A program made the translations under genes and the position numbers. A model generated the notes under the pieces. That model ran no database searches, was not told where the DNA came from, and saw only the letters and a list, made by a program, of their open reading frames with translations. A stretch of DNA of 62,392 bases, the filler included. It is 7 parts of 7 records of this genome, joined end to end, with 100 filler letters (N's around TTAATTAATTAA, not from the genome) between each part and the next. Parts side by side here need not be neighbours in the genome. Positions count along the whole stretch, not along the records: positions 1 to 17,894 come from SRR31147125_11927; positions 17,995 to 24,079 come from SRR31147125_11945; 5 more parts are not named here. One strand, given 5' to 3'. This document shows, piece by piece, positions 9,706 through 17,996 of this stretch (positions are counted from its first letter, which is position 1; each line of letters begins with the position of its first letter).

Positions 9706-10413
9706 ATGAAGATTACATCATTAAATGTTTCGAAAAAGGAAGATAAATGTGTTGCAATTGGTGAGGCTAAAACATTCAACAGTGAAGAGGTTTTAAAGAT
9801 AGCAAGAAATAATGGTGCTCCAGATGTTTTAGAAGATTGCGACCTCTATGAAATGAAAGTGGCTGATAAAAGAGGAAGTGTAGGAGAGATTGCCATGAAG
9901 TCATCTGAAATTAAATCTCTATTTTATAAGAATTGTAAGCCCTTGCAAGGTGATGTTTTGACAAAGAGATTAGAGTTCTTTAGAAAATATCCAACGATGA
10001 TGGATTTAATAACGCTAGCTACCCAGAATGAGGGCAACCCAATTAGGTTTCTTGAGGAATATTTCTCTTTTTTGACTGAAATTCATGAGGAATATAGTGT
10101 TCCCTTTGTGATGACTGAATTTAATATGTTTGCAAATATAGTAGAGGAATATGTATCTCAGGGCGCTGAGATATTGCTATGGTCATGTTCGACTGATAAT
10201 TTCCCTGATGTTTTTATGAAGAGTTTGTTTTTGGGCATGATGGATAAATATCTACTCTCTTCTAGCAGTAAGGATAAAGAGCGTACAGCATCACTAATAG
10301 GTTCTTGCCTAAGCCGGGCTTCAAACTCACGTATGAAGATGTTTAGAAAGTTTATTACTCAGCCCAAATACGTTCCAGTGTTAATGAGATTGTTCAAAGA
10401 TATTCATAGATAG
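9706..10413 (+). CDS. Hypothetical protein
   Basis: 235-aa ORF with GAGAGG RBS. Confidence 0.6.
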   Translation: MKITSLNVSKKEDKCVAIGEAKTFNSEEVLKIARNNGAPDVLEDCDLYEMKVADKRGSVGEIAMKSSEIKSLFYKNCKPLQGDVLTKRLEFFRKYPTMMDLITLATQNEGNPIRFLEEYFSFLTEIHEEYSVPFVMTEFNMFANIVEEYVSQGAEILLWSCSTDNFPDVFMKSLFLGMMDKYLLSSSSKDKERTASLIGSCLSRASNSRMKMFRKFITQPKYVPVLMRLFKDIHR

Positions 10414-10518
10414 AAGGGCTTCATCCCAAAACAGAACAAGTAAACTACTGGTGAGCTAGCGTGTTGACACTTTTGAGTCTTTTGTATGATATCATAATTT
10501 CATTAAATGGGATTGTCT

Positions 10519-10648
10519 TTTTAACCTTGAGTTTTGGGATTGAAGCTTAGCTCTTAATTGTTGCAATAACTGGATGAGCTGGTTAGGTTAAGGAAAACAA
10601 GGGGTAAATATGAATTTATCGAAACTAATTTTCTTCTCCAATAATTAA
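10519..10648 (+). repeat. Degenerate copy of the leader and first codons of the TraB/GumN gene (15996-16093)
   Basis: aattgttgcaataa..ggatg.gctggttag.tt.aggaaa.caa...aaatATGAATTTATCGA is shared; this copy ends in a 12-aa ORF. Confidence 0.7.
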
Positions 10649-10653
10649 AGGTT

Positions 10654-11127
10654 TTACAGAATCAGATCAAGTGTTAGGGGATTCTGTGTTGACCCTTCAA
10701 AACTCATATCCATTCTTAAAAGAGAGGCTTCAAGCAGCATGGCTTCAGAGGGTGTGACCTGAGCCTCAGCAAAACCATAAAGAGCGCCGATCACAACGTT
10801 AGCTTTGTGCGGGTCAATAGTCTTAGTGAAAGAAGCATCTGTGCCTATTATATGCGTTCCTATGTGGCAAGGTTTATACGTGATCGAACCCTCTGTAATG
10901 TATATTTTAGGGTTTTGATGTTTTACAAATCTAACTTTTCCTGTATTATCCAAAAAGTGTGTGAGAGTTATTGCACAATCCTTACTAGTCGAATATGTAT
11001 CAATGCCTATTTGGCCATCACACGTTGATCCAATAAAGAATTCTCGCCCGACATGCCTTTCTTCTATTATGTCTTTGCCCACAAAACTGTTTATCGCATT
11101 CTTAATTTTCTTTGTTATCTGTATCAT
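10654..11127 (-). CDS. Hypothetical protein
   Basis: 157-aa ORF with AAGGAAG RBS. Confidence 0.55.
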   Translation of the reverse strand: MIQITKKIKNAINSFVGKDIIEERHVGREFFIGSTCDGQIGIDTYSTSKDCAITLTHFLDNTGKVRFVKHQNPKIYITEGSITYKPCHIGTHIIGTDASFTKTIDPHKANVVIGALYGFAEAQVTPSEAMLLEASLLRMDMSFEGSTQNPLTLDLIL

Positions 11128-11152
11128 TTAGACTTCCTTTGATTTGTTAATG

Positions 11153-11671
11153 TTATTGCTTTGCTTCGTTGCTTTTCATGTAGCTACGGATCTCTCGAGT
11201 TATTGATTTAGGGAGCGACTGAAAAATGTATTTTTCTTCAAAGTTGGATAACTGTTTTTCAATGAAAAGAATATTACCAGCCTTATCTGTGCTGCTAATG
11301 GTATATCTAAGGGTTTTGAGCTGAGTGCCCTCATTAATTTCAATAGAAAAAATTATTTCTCCCTCCATGCTTGGTTTTAAGGTTCTTAGCAAGCTCATAA
11401 CATGACTTTTTGTAATAGGATATTTGTTAAGCAGAGTGTCTGTTCCGTTGTCTATTCTAATCGAGCTTTGCATAGGGTTGTGAGATAAAAATAATTTGTT
11501 TCGAACATCAATAATGCATGAAAGTTGCTTCTGGGGGATTTGTTTGTTAGTTCCTCTAATAAAAAGTTCTCCCTTATCAACGGATCCGTTGTTGTTACTG
11601 TCTCTCCAAGCTAGCTTGTCTAGGTTTACTTTGGTTTTGTTGCAGACTATTACTGGACTTTTATTTATCAC
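11153..11671 (-). CDS. Hypothetical protein with an EF-hand-like loop
   Basis: GTG start with AGGAGG RBS; DSNNNGSVDKGE. Confidence 0.6.
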   Translation of the reverse strand: MINKSPVIVCNKTKVNLDKLAWRDSNNNGSVDKGELFIRGTNKQIPQKQLSCIIDVRNKLFLSHNPMQSSIRIDNGTDTLLNKYPITKSHVMSLLRTLKPSMEGEIIFSIEINEGTQLKTLRYTISSTDKAGNILFIEKQLSNFEEKYIFQSLPKSITREIRSYMKSNEAKQ

Positions 11672-11741
11672 GGTATTCCTCCTTAAAAAAGGTGCTTAGA
11701 TTTTTCGGCGACACAGAGTGATCGTCGTTTATTATATTTAT

Positions 11742-11768
11742 TTTCTCGACGACCTTAAGGATTAGTTG
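11742..11768 (-). promoter_or_regulatory. Sigma28-like promoter variant CAAC-N16-CGAGAA
   Basis: Reverse complement reads CAAC taatccttaaggtcgt CGAGAAA. Confidence 0.5.
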
Positions 11769-11797
11769 CTCTAAAACTTAAAAGATAAAGATTATTC

Positions 11798-11815
11798 GTA
11801 TTCGTTCTAGAATAC
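11798..11815. promoter_or_regulatory. Palindromic operator copy 4
   Basis: GTATTC gttcta GAATAC. Confidence 0.8.
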
Positions 11816-11884
11816 AGTTGTTCATCGCTTATGATGTTTTATGCTATAAAGATTAAATAGTAGTTGTTTTGCTAAATTGATGCA

Positions 11885-12337
11885 CTACTTGCGACAGCAA
11901 TCAGGGGTTCCAGCACATTCAGGAATTTCGGGTTGTTCGCTTTCGCTGTTTTCATTATCAATATCTGCTTCAGATATTGGAGAGTTTTTACTTTTGCAGT
12001 AGCTCTCGAAATTTAGACAGTCATTATATAGCGAATTGATAGTTTCAGAGAGATTAATGGATGAGCCATCAGGCAGTCCGTCACCCTCATCAATTACTTC
12101 GTCCAAAGATACTTCTACATTTTTCAGAGCTGCATAACATTCATTCTGACATCTGCACGATATGCGATCGAAGCCGATTAATCCCTCAAAATATTTCACC
12201 CATTCACCATAGCAAAACATCTGAGTGGCTTTTGTGACATCATAAGCTACTCTGGACTCTCTAGCACCAAGGTTCTTTGTGAGGAGAGCAGTTCCAAGAG
12301 CTATAACGACAAACAAAATAACAGTTAACTTCTTCAT
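11885..12337 (-). CDS. Small secreted Cys-rich protein
   Basis: Signal peptide, multiple Cys residues, GGAGG RBS. Confidence 0.7.
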   Translation of the reverse strand: MKKLTVILFVVIALGTALLTKNLGARESRVAYDVTKATQMFCYGEWVKYFEGLIGFDRISCRCQNECYAALKNVEVSLDEVIDEGDGLPDGSSINLSETINSLYNDCLNFESYCKSKNSPISEADIDNENSESEQPEIPECAGTPDCCRK

Positions 12338-12366
12338 GTTTCACCTCCGTTAATATTTATATTGCT

Positions 12367-12394
12367 ATTATCGTCCTCATGTAAGTTGAAGTTG
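12367..12394 (-). promoter_or_regulatory. Sigma28-like promoter CAAC-N17-CGATAAT
   Basis: Reverse complement reads CAAC ttcaacttacatgagga CGATAAT. Confidence 0.65.
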
Positions 12395-12413
12395 TCCAAT
12401 AGGTTGATAAACT

Positions 12414-12431
12414 GTATTCGAGTTAGAATAC
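12414..12431. promoter_or_regulatory. Palindromic operator copy 5
   Basis: GTATTC gagtta GAATAC. Confidence 0.8.
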
Positions 12432-12665
12432 ACGCAATCTAGAATGTCTGATTTGTTTCTATTTGATTTCTATGAAATTCAGATAGAGAGTCGGAAAGGC
12501 TAAGTCTCATTGTGTGCTAGTGTCCTCAATTTTGGGAATTCTCTAATGATTACGTCTGTATTCAGAAAGCTAGCTATATTATGCGGTAAGGCCCTTTCTT
12601 TATCCGTCTATATATTTCTTAACATCTTGTATTTATTATGCTATTATATATTCAAGTGAATAGGG

Positions 12666-12687
12666 GTGTATTCAAACTTGAATACAC
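12666..12687. promoter_or_regulatory. Palindromic operator copy 6, upstream of the TIGR02147 gene
   Basis: gtGTATTC aaactt GAATACac. Confidence 0.8.
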
Positions 12688-12704
12688 TTAGTCTGTTTCG
12701 GGCA

Positions 12705-12732
12705 CAACTTTGAATACACTTCAGCCGATAAT
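12705..12732 (+). promoter_or_regulatory. Sigma28-like promoter with a GAATAC half-site inside its spacer
   Basis: CAAC tttGAATACacttcagc CGATAAT; contains GCCGATAA. Confidence 0.7.
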
Positions 12733-12768
12733 TATGGCAAGAGTGTATAAATGTAAGCGAGGTTGATT

Positions 12769-13608
12769 ATGATATTAAAAGAGATAAATCTTTTCGAATT
12801 TACGTCCTACAGAGAGTTTCTAAGTGAATACTACAGAGTTAAGAAAGAGCTTTCTCCATATTTTTCACATCGTGTCTTTGTAAGGATGTGTGGTTTTAGT
12901 TCTCCAAATTTCCTAAAGCTTGTTATGGAAGGGCAGAGAAATTTAGGAAAGAAGGCTTTGGAAAAATTGATGACATCTTTGAAGTTCAATAAGATGGAAC
13001 GGGAATATTTCACAGCTCTTGTTAGTTTTGAGCATTCTGATTCAATGGATGAGAAGGGTGTTCATATGACAACCATTGCAAGGCTACGTCATAGGACAGG
13101 GGTCAAGACTATTGAAACTGATAGATATGAATATCTTTCCCATTGGCTCAATGTTGCTGTTAGAGAACTGATCTCTTTAGATGACTTTGAAGAAGATGTC
13201 TCTTGGGTGAATGGGAAACTTGATATCTCTTTAACAGAGAAAAAATTTACAGATATTATTGATAAACTCATTAAATTAAAACTTGTTAGACGTGGAAAGA
13301 ACGGAAAGCTACATCAAAAAGCGTCTACGTTAGTATGTTCTCCGGAGATATATTCTGTAGCCGTAAATAGCTATCATAATGAAATGATTGCGAAGGCTCA
13401 GGAGGCGATAGAGAAAAGCAGTAAAAATAGAGATTTATCGGCTCTCACCTTCAGCACGGATTCCGAGACATATGAGAGAATTCGTGGTATAATAAAAAAA
13501 TGTCGTGAGGAAATTCATCATGTTGCTGATGAATCGAAGAACAAGGAAGCTGTTTACCAGGTGAATTTCCAGTTCTTTAATCTTTCGGAGGTTAGTTGTG
13601 AAAATTAA
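12769..13608 (+). CDS. TIGR02147 family protein (N-terminal HTH plus DUF4423)
   Basis: YREFL..YY..KK...PYFSHR.F....GFSSPNFLKLVMEGQRNL; W...AVREL; RDLSALT; VYQVNFQFF; ~280 aa. Confidence 0.88.
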   Translation: MILKEINLFEFTSYREFLSEYYRVKKELSPYFSHRVFVRMCGFSSPNFLKLVMEGQRNLGKKALEKLMTSLKFNKMEREYFTALVSFEHSDSMDEKGVHMTTIARLRHRTGVKTIETDRYEYLSHWLNVAVRELISLDDFEEDVSWVNGKLDISLTEKKFTDIIDKLIKLKLVRRGKNGKLHQKASTLVCSPEIYSVAVNSYHNEMIAKAQEAIEKSSKNRDLSALTFSTDSETYERIRGIIKKCREEIHHVADESKNKEAVYQVNFQFFNLSEVSCEN

Positions 13609-14176
13609 AAAATCTCTTCTTTTTGTTGTAATGGCCATCGTGTTTCTTGGCTTCGGATGCTCAGGTAGCGGAACAGAGGTTCTAAATCCTTCTGATGTTA
13701 ATGATACGGAACAGCTAACAGAATTTGAAAGCGAGCCTTATAAATTTTCGTTTTCATTATCTGGTTCATGGGATGAGACAGAGTATTCTGAAACAAATCC
13801 AGTTCCAGGGGATATATATAATGATCCGGTTGGAACTGCAAACCCTATTGCCGATTTGTCACAGGGAGATTCTGAAATCTTTGTATATGAAGACAATCTT
13901 TCAGAGGGTGAGAGTTTGACAGCTTACGTTGCTGCAAGAATTGGTGCAGAGGATATTACAGATACAACTACTAGAGATAATCTTGAAATAACAGTAGTGG
14001 ATTATGATGTTCCACCCGCCGGTTCAATTTTTGCTATGAGCATTTTTACTACAAATGGTGATAAGGTTATAACAACGCGCTTGGAATCAAATGAGGATAC
14101 CTTGATTGCAAGGATGACTGTGGTTGGTCAGTTTATTGAAATTGTTGATACGATTTCTATTCCTGATGAAGAGTGA
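13598..14176 (+). CDS. Lipoprotein overlapping the end of the TIGR02147 gene
   Basis: GTG start with GGAGG RBS; lipobox GFGC followed by SGSGTEVLNP. Confidence 0.8.
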   Translation: MKIKKSLLFVVMAIVFLGFGCSGSGTEVLNPSDVNDTEQLTEFESEPYKFSFSLSGSWDETEYSETNPVPGDIYNDPVGTANPIADLSQGDSEIFVYEDNLSEGESLTAYVAARIGAEDITDTTTRDNLEITVVDYDVPPAGSIFAMSIFTTNGDKVITTRLESNEDTLIARMTVVGQFIEIVDTISIPDEE

Positions 14177-14276
14177 TTGTTAGGGCAATGTGAGGCTTCT
14201 CTAAAGTTGGACGTGAATCCGAAGTAATGTTGTCCAAATTGTTGTTTTTCCCCCTAAAATATGTTTTAATCCCTCC

Positions 14277-15239
14277 ATGCTTTCAACAATATATCTTGTC
14301 GGTGGGTTGGCCCTCGCTATCTGGGGAGCCAATATTCTTGTCAATGCCGCTTCAACTATGGCCAAGCGGTTCAATGTTTCCGATTTGGTAATTGGTGCGA
14401 CAATTGTTGCATTTGGCACATCCTGTCCTGAATTAGCTGTTAATGTCTTCTCAGCTATTCATGGTCATACAGATTTGGCAATGGGTAATATTCTTGGAAG
14501 TAACATTTTTAACATCCTTTTTATCTTAGGTGTCGTTGGAATCGTTCATGCTCTTCCTGTCAGACGCTGGACGTTTAACAAAGATATTCCTATGTGTGTC
14601 TTGGCAGCGATTGTTCTTTTTGTTTGTAGTAATGAGATTCTCTTTGACGGTCTTAGCTTTTCAAAATTAATTCCGAGTGATGGTATTGTCTTTTTCGCAT
14701 TCTTTGCAATCTTTCTTTCATATACTTTGAGTGGGGGAGATAAAAATGATATTGATGCTCCACCAATAGAGGAGACTGAAGTAAAAGATTATTCAACTGG
14801 GCTTGCTGTTTTTTTAACTCTTGTTGGTTTGGCCATGCTTCTAGTGGGTGGAGAATTTATTGTTAATGGTGCAAAGAATATTGCGGGACTCCTTGGAATA
14901 TCTGATCGTGCTGTTGGTATCTTAATTGTTGGGCCAGGGACATCAGTTCCTGAATTGTTAGCTTCGCTAGTTGCAGCACTTAAGAGGAAAACTGGGATGG
15001 CGGTTGGAAATATCGTTGGCTCAAATATATTTAATGTCTTTTTTACATTAGGTCTTACATCAATAATAAGACCAATCCCGATGACACTAGATATGAATCT
15101 AACAGCGATCGTTCATATAGCCGCAAGCATTTTACTTTTTCTGTTTGCAATGGGCCACCGTCGAATGCTTGGGAAGGTGAAAGGGCTGATCTTTATAGCT
15201 GCGTATGGTACATATATTACATACGTAATAATGACATGA
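14277..15239 (+). CDS. yrbG: Calcium/sodium antiporter (YrbG family)
   Basis: Two alpha repeats GTSCPE / GTSVPE and GNI(L/V)GSNIFN. Confidence 0.93.
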   Translation: MLSTIYLVGGLALAIWGANILVNAASTMAKRFNVSDLVIGATIVAFGTSCPELAVNVFSAIHGHTDLAMGNILGSNIFNILFILGVVGIVHALPVRRWTFNKDIPMCVLAAIVLFVCSNEILFDGLSFSKLIPSDGIVFFAFFAIFLSYTLSGGDKNDIDAPPIEETEVKDYSTGLAVFLTLVGLAMLLVGGEFIVNGAKNIAGLLGISDRAVGILIVGPGTSVPELLASLVAALKRKTGMAVGNIVGSNIFNVFFTLGLTSIIRPIPMTLDMNLTAIVHIAASILLFLFAMGHRRMLGKVKGLIFIAAYGTYITYVIMT

Positions 15240-15886
15240 TAGGAGAGGTTATGAGTAGACCAATGACTGATTCTGCCGGCTTAGGCTGGCAGTCCTATAG
15301 ACTTCAACAGCTCACTGATGGTGTGTTTGCTATTGCTATGACACTTTTGGTGCTTAGCATAACATTAGAAAAGCCTGCAGCTGGGTCTGTGAAGACTATG
15401 CTGCCTATTAAGCTGATGGATTTGTGGCCAGATCTGCTTCACTACTTTCAAAGTTTTATTATTTTGGCTGCTTTTTGGACTAAGCATCATCAGCAGTATC
15501 ACCTAATCAAGGAAATAGATAGACCAATAACTTGGCTAAACATTTTGTCACTTGTCTTCATTTGTTTGATTCCTTTTTCAACAACTCTTGTTGGTGACTA
15601 TGGCGATCAGCTTGTTGCTGTCATTGTCTTTGAAGTTAATATGCTGATGGCAGGCCTGATTTTCTACTGGCAGTGGGCTTATGCCACAAGAAAGCATCAC
15701 CTTGTGGACAAGGATCTTGATAAGCACGTGATTAAGGCCTACAAATTTGACAATCTTGTTATTCCTATAATTTCTGTAGTTGCAATACTGATTTCTCTTT
15801 ATAATCCAAGAGTGGGGACTCTACCATACCTGATCAGCCCATGCTTTTTTCTGGTTAGTAAGAAATGGGAGCGGAAGAATAGATAA
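15236..15886 (+). CDS. TMEM175-family potassium channel (DUF1211)
   Basis: RL..LTDGVFAIAMTLLVL; FW..HH; LIPFST. Confidence 0.9.
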   Translation: MIGEVMSRPMTDSAGLGWQSYRLQQLTDGVFAIAMTLLVLSITLEKPAAGSVKTMLPIKLMDLWPDLLHYFQSFIILAAFWTKHHQQYHLIKEIDRPITWLNILSLVFICLIPFSTTLVGDYGDQLVAVIVFEVNMLMAGLIFYWQWAYATRKHHLVDKDLDKHVIKAYKFDNLVIPIISVVAILISLYNPRVGTLPYLISPCFFLVSKKWERKNR

Positions 15887-16080
15887 TAGATTCGTCGTTG
15901 ATTGTGGTCCATAGCGCTCAGTGTCCCTAATAAAGTTATCTTCATCTTTTCTTTTGCGAGATTAGTGAGATGAGCTATTAATTCCTATATTTGTTTTTTA
16001 ACTGTGAGTTTAAAGCTTCACTTTAAATTGTTGCAATAATGGGATGGGCTGGTTAGCTTGAGGAAAGCAAAGGAACAAAT

Positions 16081-16992
16081 ATGAATTTATCGATACAAAA
16101 TAAAAATATAAAGAGAAGAGTTGCTATAGTGCTAGTGTTTATAACTGTTTTGATGTTGTTAATGTCTAGTAGTGGTGTTTGTTTTGCTGGCTCTAATTCC
16201 CTGTGGGAGATAAAGTCGAAAAACAGTTCGGTATTTCTCCTCGGATCTATTCATCTTTTAAACAAAGATTCTTATCCTCTTGATCAGTCGATTGAAAATG
16301 CATATCAGAAGAGTCAGGTTGTTATGTTTGAGACAGATCTTGCTAAAATGAGCAGCCCTCGTGTTAAAAAACGTATTGTTGATGAGGGTTTTCTGCCATC
16401 TAACCAAACTCTAAGTAGTGTACTTTCAAAAAACACTTATCGATCGCTAACAAAGTTGGTATTGCAGTCGGGCTTGTCGATGGCCTCTTTTTCGCGACTC
16501 AAACCATGGCTGTGTGCTATGACATTAACCCTAATGGAAGAGGAGAAGTTGGGGTTCTTACCCCAATATGGTATTGATAACTATTTTTATGAAAAAGCCA
16601 GAGTGGATAGGAAAAGAATCCTAGCTTTAGAGTCTGTTGATGATCAGCTCAGTCTTTTTTCCGGCTTAGATAGTGTAGAGCAAGAAAGAATGTTAAATCA
16701 AACTATATTGGAAATGCAGGTCATTAAAAAAAATGTCTCCAAAATGATTTCTTATTGGAAGACTGGAAAGAGTCAGAGGTTTGCGGCTTTAATTCAAGAG
16801 GGTTTTAAGGGCCAGCCTGAAATGTATAATAAATTCATTATAGATAGAAATAATGAATGGTTACCAATTATTGTTGCTTTAGTTGAAAAAAATGAAAGTG
16901 CCCTAGTTGTTGTTGGTAATGCTCACTTGGTAGGTGACGGTAGTGTTATTGATCTCTTAAAGAAGAGAGGGTATGACGTTATTCAGAAGTAG
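16081..16992 (+). CDS. TraB/GumN family secreted protein
   Basis: LWEI...FLLGSIH; LKPW; GID; LES..DQ; DRN..W; VVVGNAHLVG. Confidence 0.92.
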   Translation: MNLSIQNKNIKRRVAIVLVFITVLMLLMSSSGVCFAGSNSLWEIKSKNSSVFLLGSIHLLNKDSYPLDQSIENAYQKSQVVMFETDLAKMSSPRVKKRIVDEGFLPSNQTLSSVLSKNTYRSLTKLVLQSGLSMASFSRLKPWLCAMTLTLMEEEKLGFLPQYGIDNYFYEKARVDRKRILALESVDDQLSLFSGLDSVEQERMLNQTILEMQVIKKNVSKMISYWKTGKSQRFAALIQEGFKGQPEMYNKFIIDRNNEWLPIIVALVEKNESALVVVGNAHLVGDGSVIDLLKKRGYDVIQK

Positions 16993-17022
16993 TGTATCTG
17001 TAGTTGTCGAGTAGAGGGCAGG

Positions 17023-17063
17023 GTTAAGTACGTGTGCGAATTCTGGAGACACCAAACTTAATT
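17023..17063. repeat. REP-like inverted element (left of def)
   Basis: GTTAAGTACGTGT is the exact reverse complement of 17802-17814; followed by GAATTC and GGAGACACCAAACTTAATT. Confidence 0.55.
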
Positions 17064-17201
17064 CAAGTATAATAACTAAAGATTCCCCCGAACTTCCCCG
17101 AACTTCGTCTAATCTCGAATATGTAATCAATGGGAATTCTGTTAACTAATATCCAAAAAAAATGGCTTGATAAGTTGCTTTTAGAATTATATCCAGAATT
17201 T

Positions 17202-17771
17202 ATGAAGAATATATTAGAAATTGGGAATCCCGTTCTAAGGATGCAGTCTAAGGAAGTTCCAGTTAGTGATATTAAGAAGATAGAAACAACATCCTTCGTG
17301 AGCAATTTGGTGGAGACTATGAGAGCTGCAAGCGGTGCCGGCCTTGCAGCGTCGCAAATAGGAACCTTATTAAGAATCTTTGCAATGGAAATTGATCATA
17401 ATAAACGCTATCCATATAAACCCAACATTCCGCTGACTGTTTGTATTAATCCGACGCTAGAATTCCTAAGTGACAAGACATACGAAAGTTACGAAGGTTG
17501 TCTCTCTGTGCCAAATTTAAGAGGTGTTGTAAAAAGATATCTAGAAATACGACTTTCAGGATATGATGTTAATGGAGATTGCGTATCGAATGTGTATAAG
17601 GGAATTACAGCTGGGACGGTTCAACATGAATATGATCATTTAAATGGAATCTTGTTTATAGACAAAGTTGATGATCCCAAAACCTTGTGTACTTGGAGCG
17701 AGTTTCATAAATATTACGAAGAATCTTTTATTAAGGAAGTTCATAGGATTAAACAAAAATATGGTAGTTAA
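17202..17771 (+). CDS. def: Peptide deformylase
   Basis: GAGLAASQ, EGCLS and QHEYDHLNG motifs; likely start MKNILEIGNPVL. Confidence 0.95.
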   Translation: MKNILEIGNPVLRMQSKEVPVSDIKKIETTSFVSNLVETMRAASGAGLAASQIGTLLRIFAMEIDHNKRYPYKPNIPLTVCINPTLEFLSDKTYESYEGCLSVPNLRGVVKRYLEIRLSGYDVNGDCVSNVYKGITAGTVQHEYDHLNGILFIDKVDDPKTLCTWSEFHKYYEESFIKEVHRIKQKYGS

Positions 17772-17791
17772 CTGATTTTTTCTTTCCGCTC

Positions 17792-17862
17792 GAGTCGGGG
17801 GACACGTACTTAACTTCACTATATAATTAGGTATGTGTCCCCCGACTCCAAGACTTGACCCG
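17792..17862. repeat. REP-like hairpin (right of def)
   Basis: GAGTCGGGGGACAC / GTGTCCCCCGACTC 14-bp perfect stem extended by imperfect pairing; followed by CAAGACTTGACCC. Confidence 0.7.
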
Positions 17863-17894
17863 TTAGAAAGGTTTAATGTAAATGATTTTGAAGT

Positions 17895-17994
17895 NNNNNN
17901 NNNNNNNNNNNNNNNNNNNNNNNNNNNNNNNNNNNNNNTTAATTAATTAANNNNNNNNNNNNNNNNNNNNNNNNNNNNNNNNNNNNNNNNNNNN
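17895..17994. other. Artificial contig spacer
   Basis: N44-TTAATTAATTAA-N44. Confidence 0.98.
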
Positions 17995-17996
17995 AC

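Noticed and set aside
1335-12685. GTATTC-N6-GAATAC copies as a CRISPR array or as IS ends
   Set aside because: They are dispersed at irregular kb-scale spacing, with no spacer periodicity, cas gene or transposase. Their position relative to promoters fits operators.
17939-17950. TTAATTAATTAA repeated six times
   Set aside because: Artificial linker within the N spacers.
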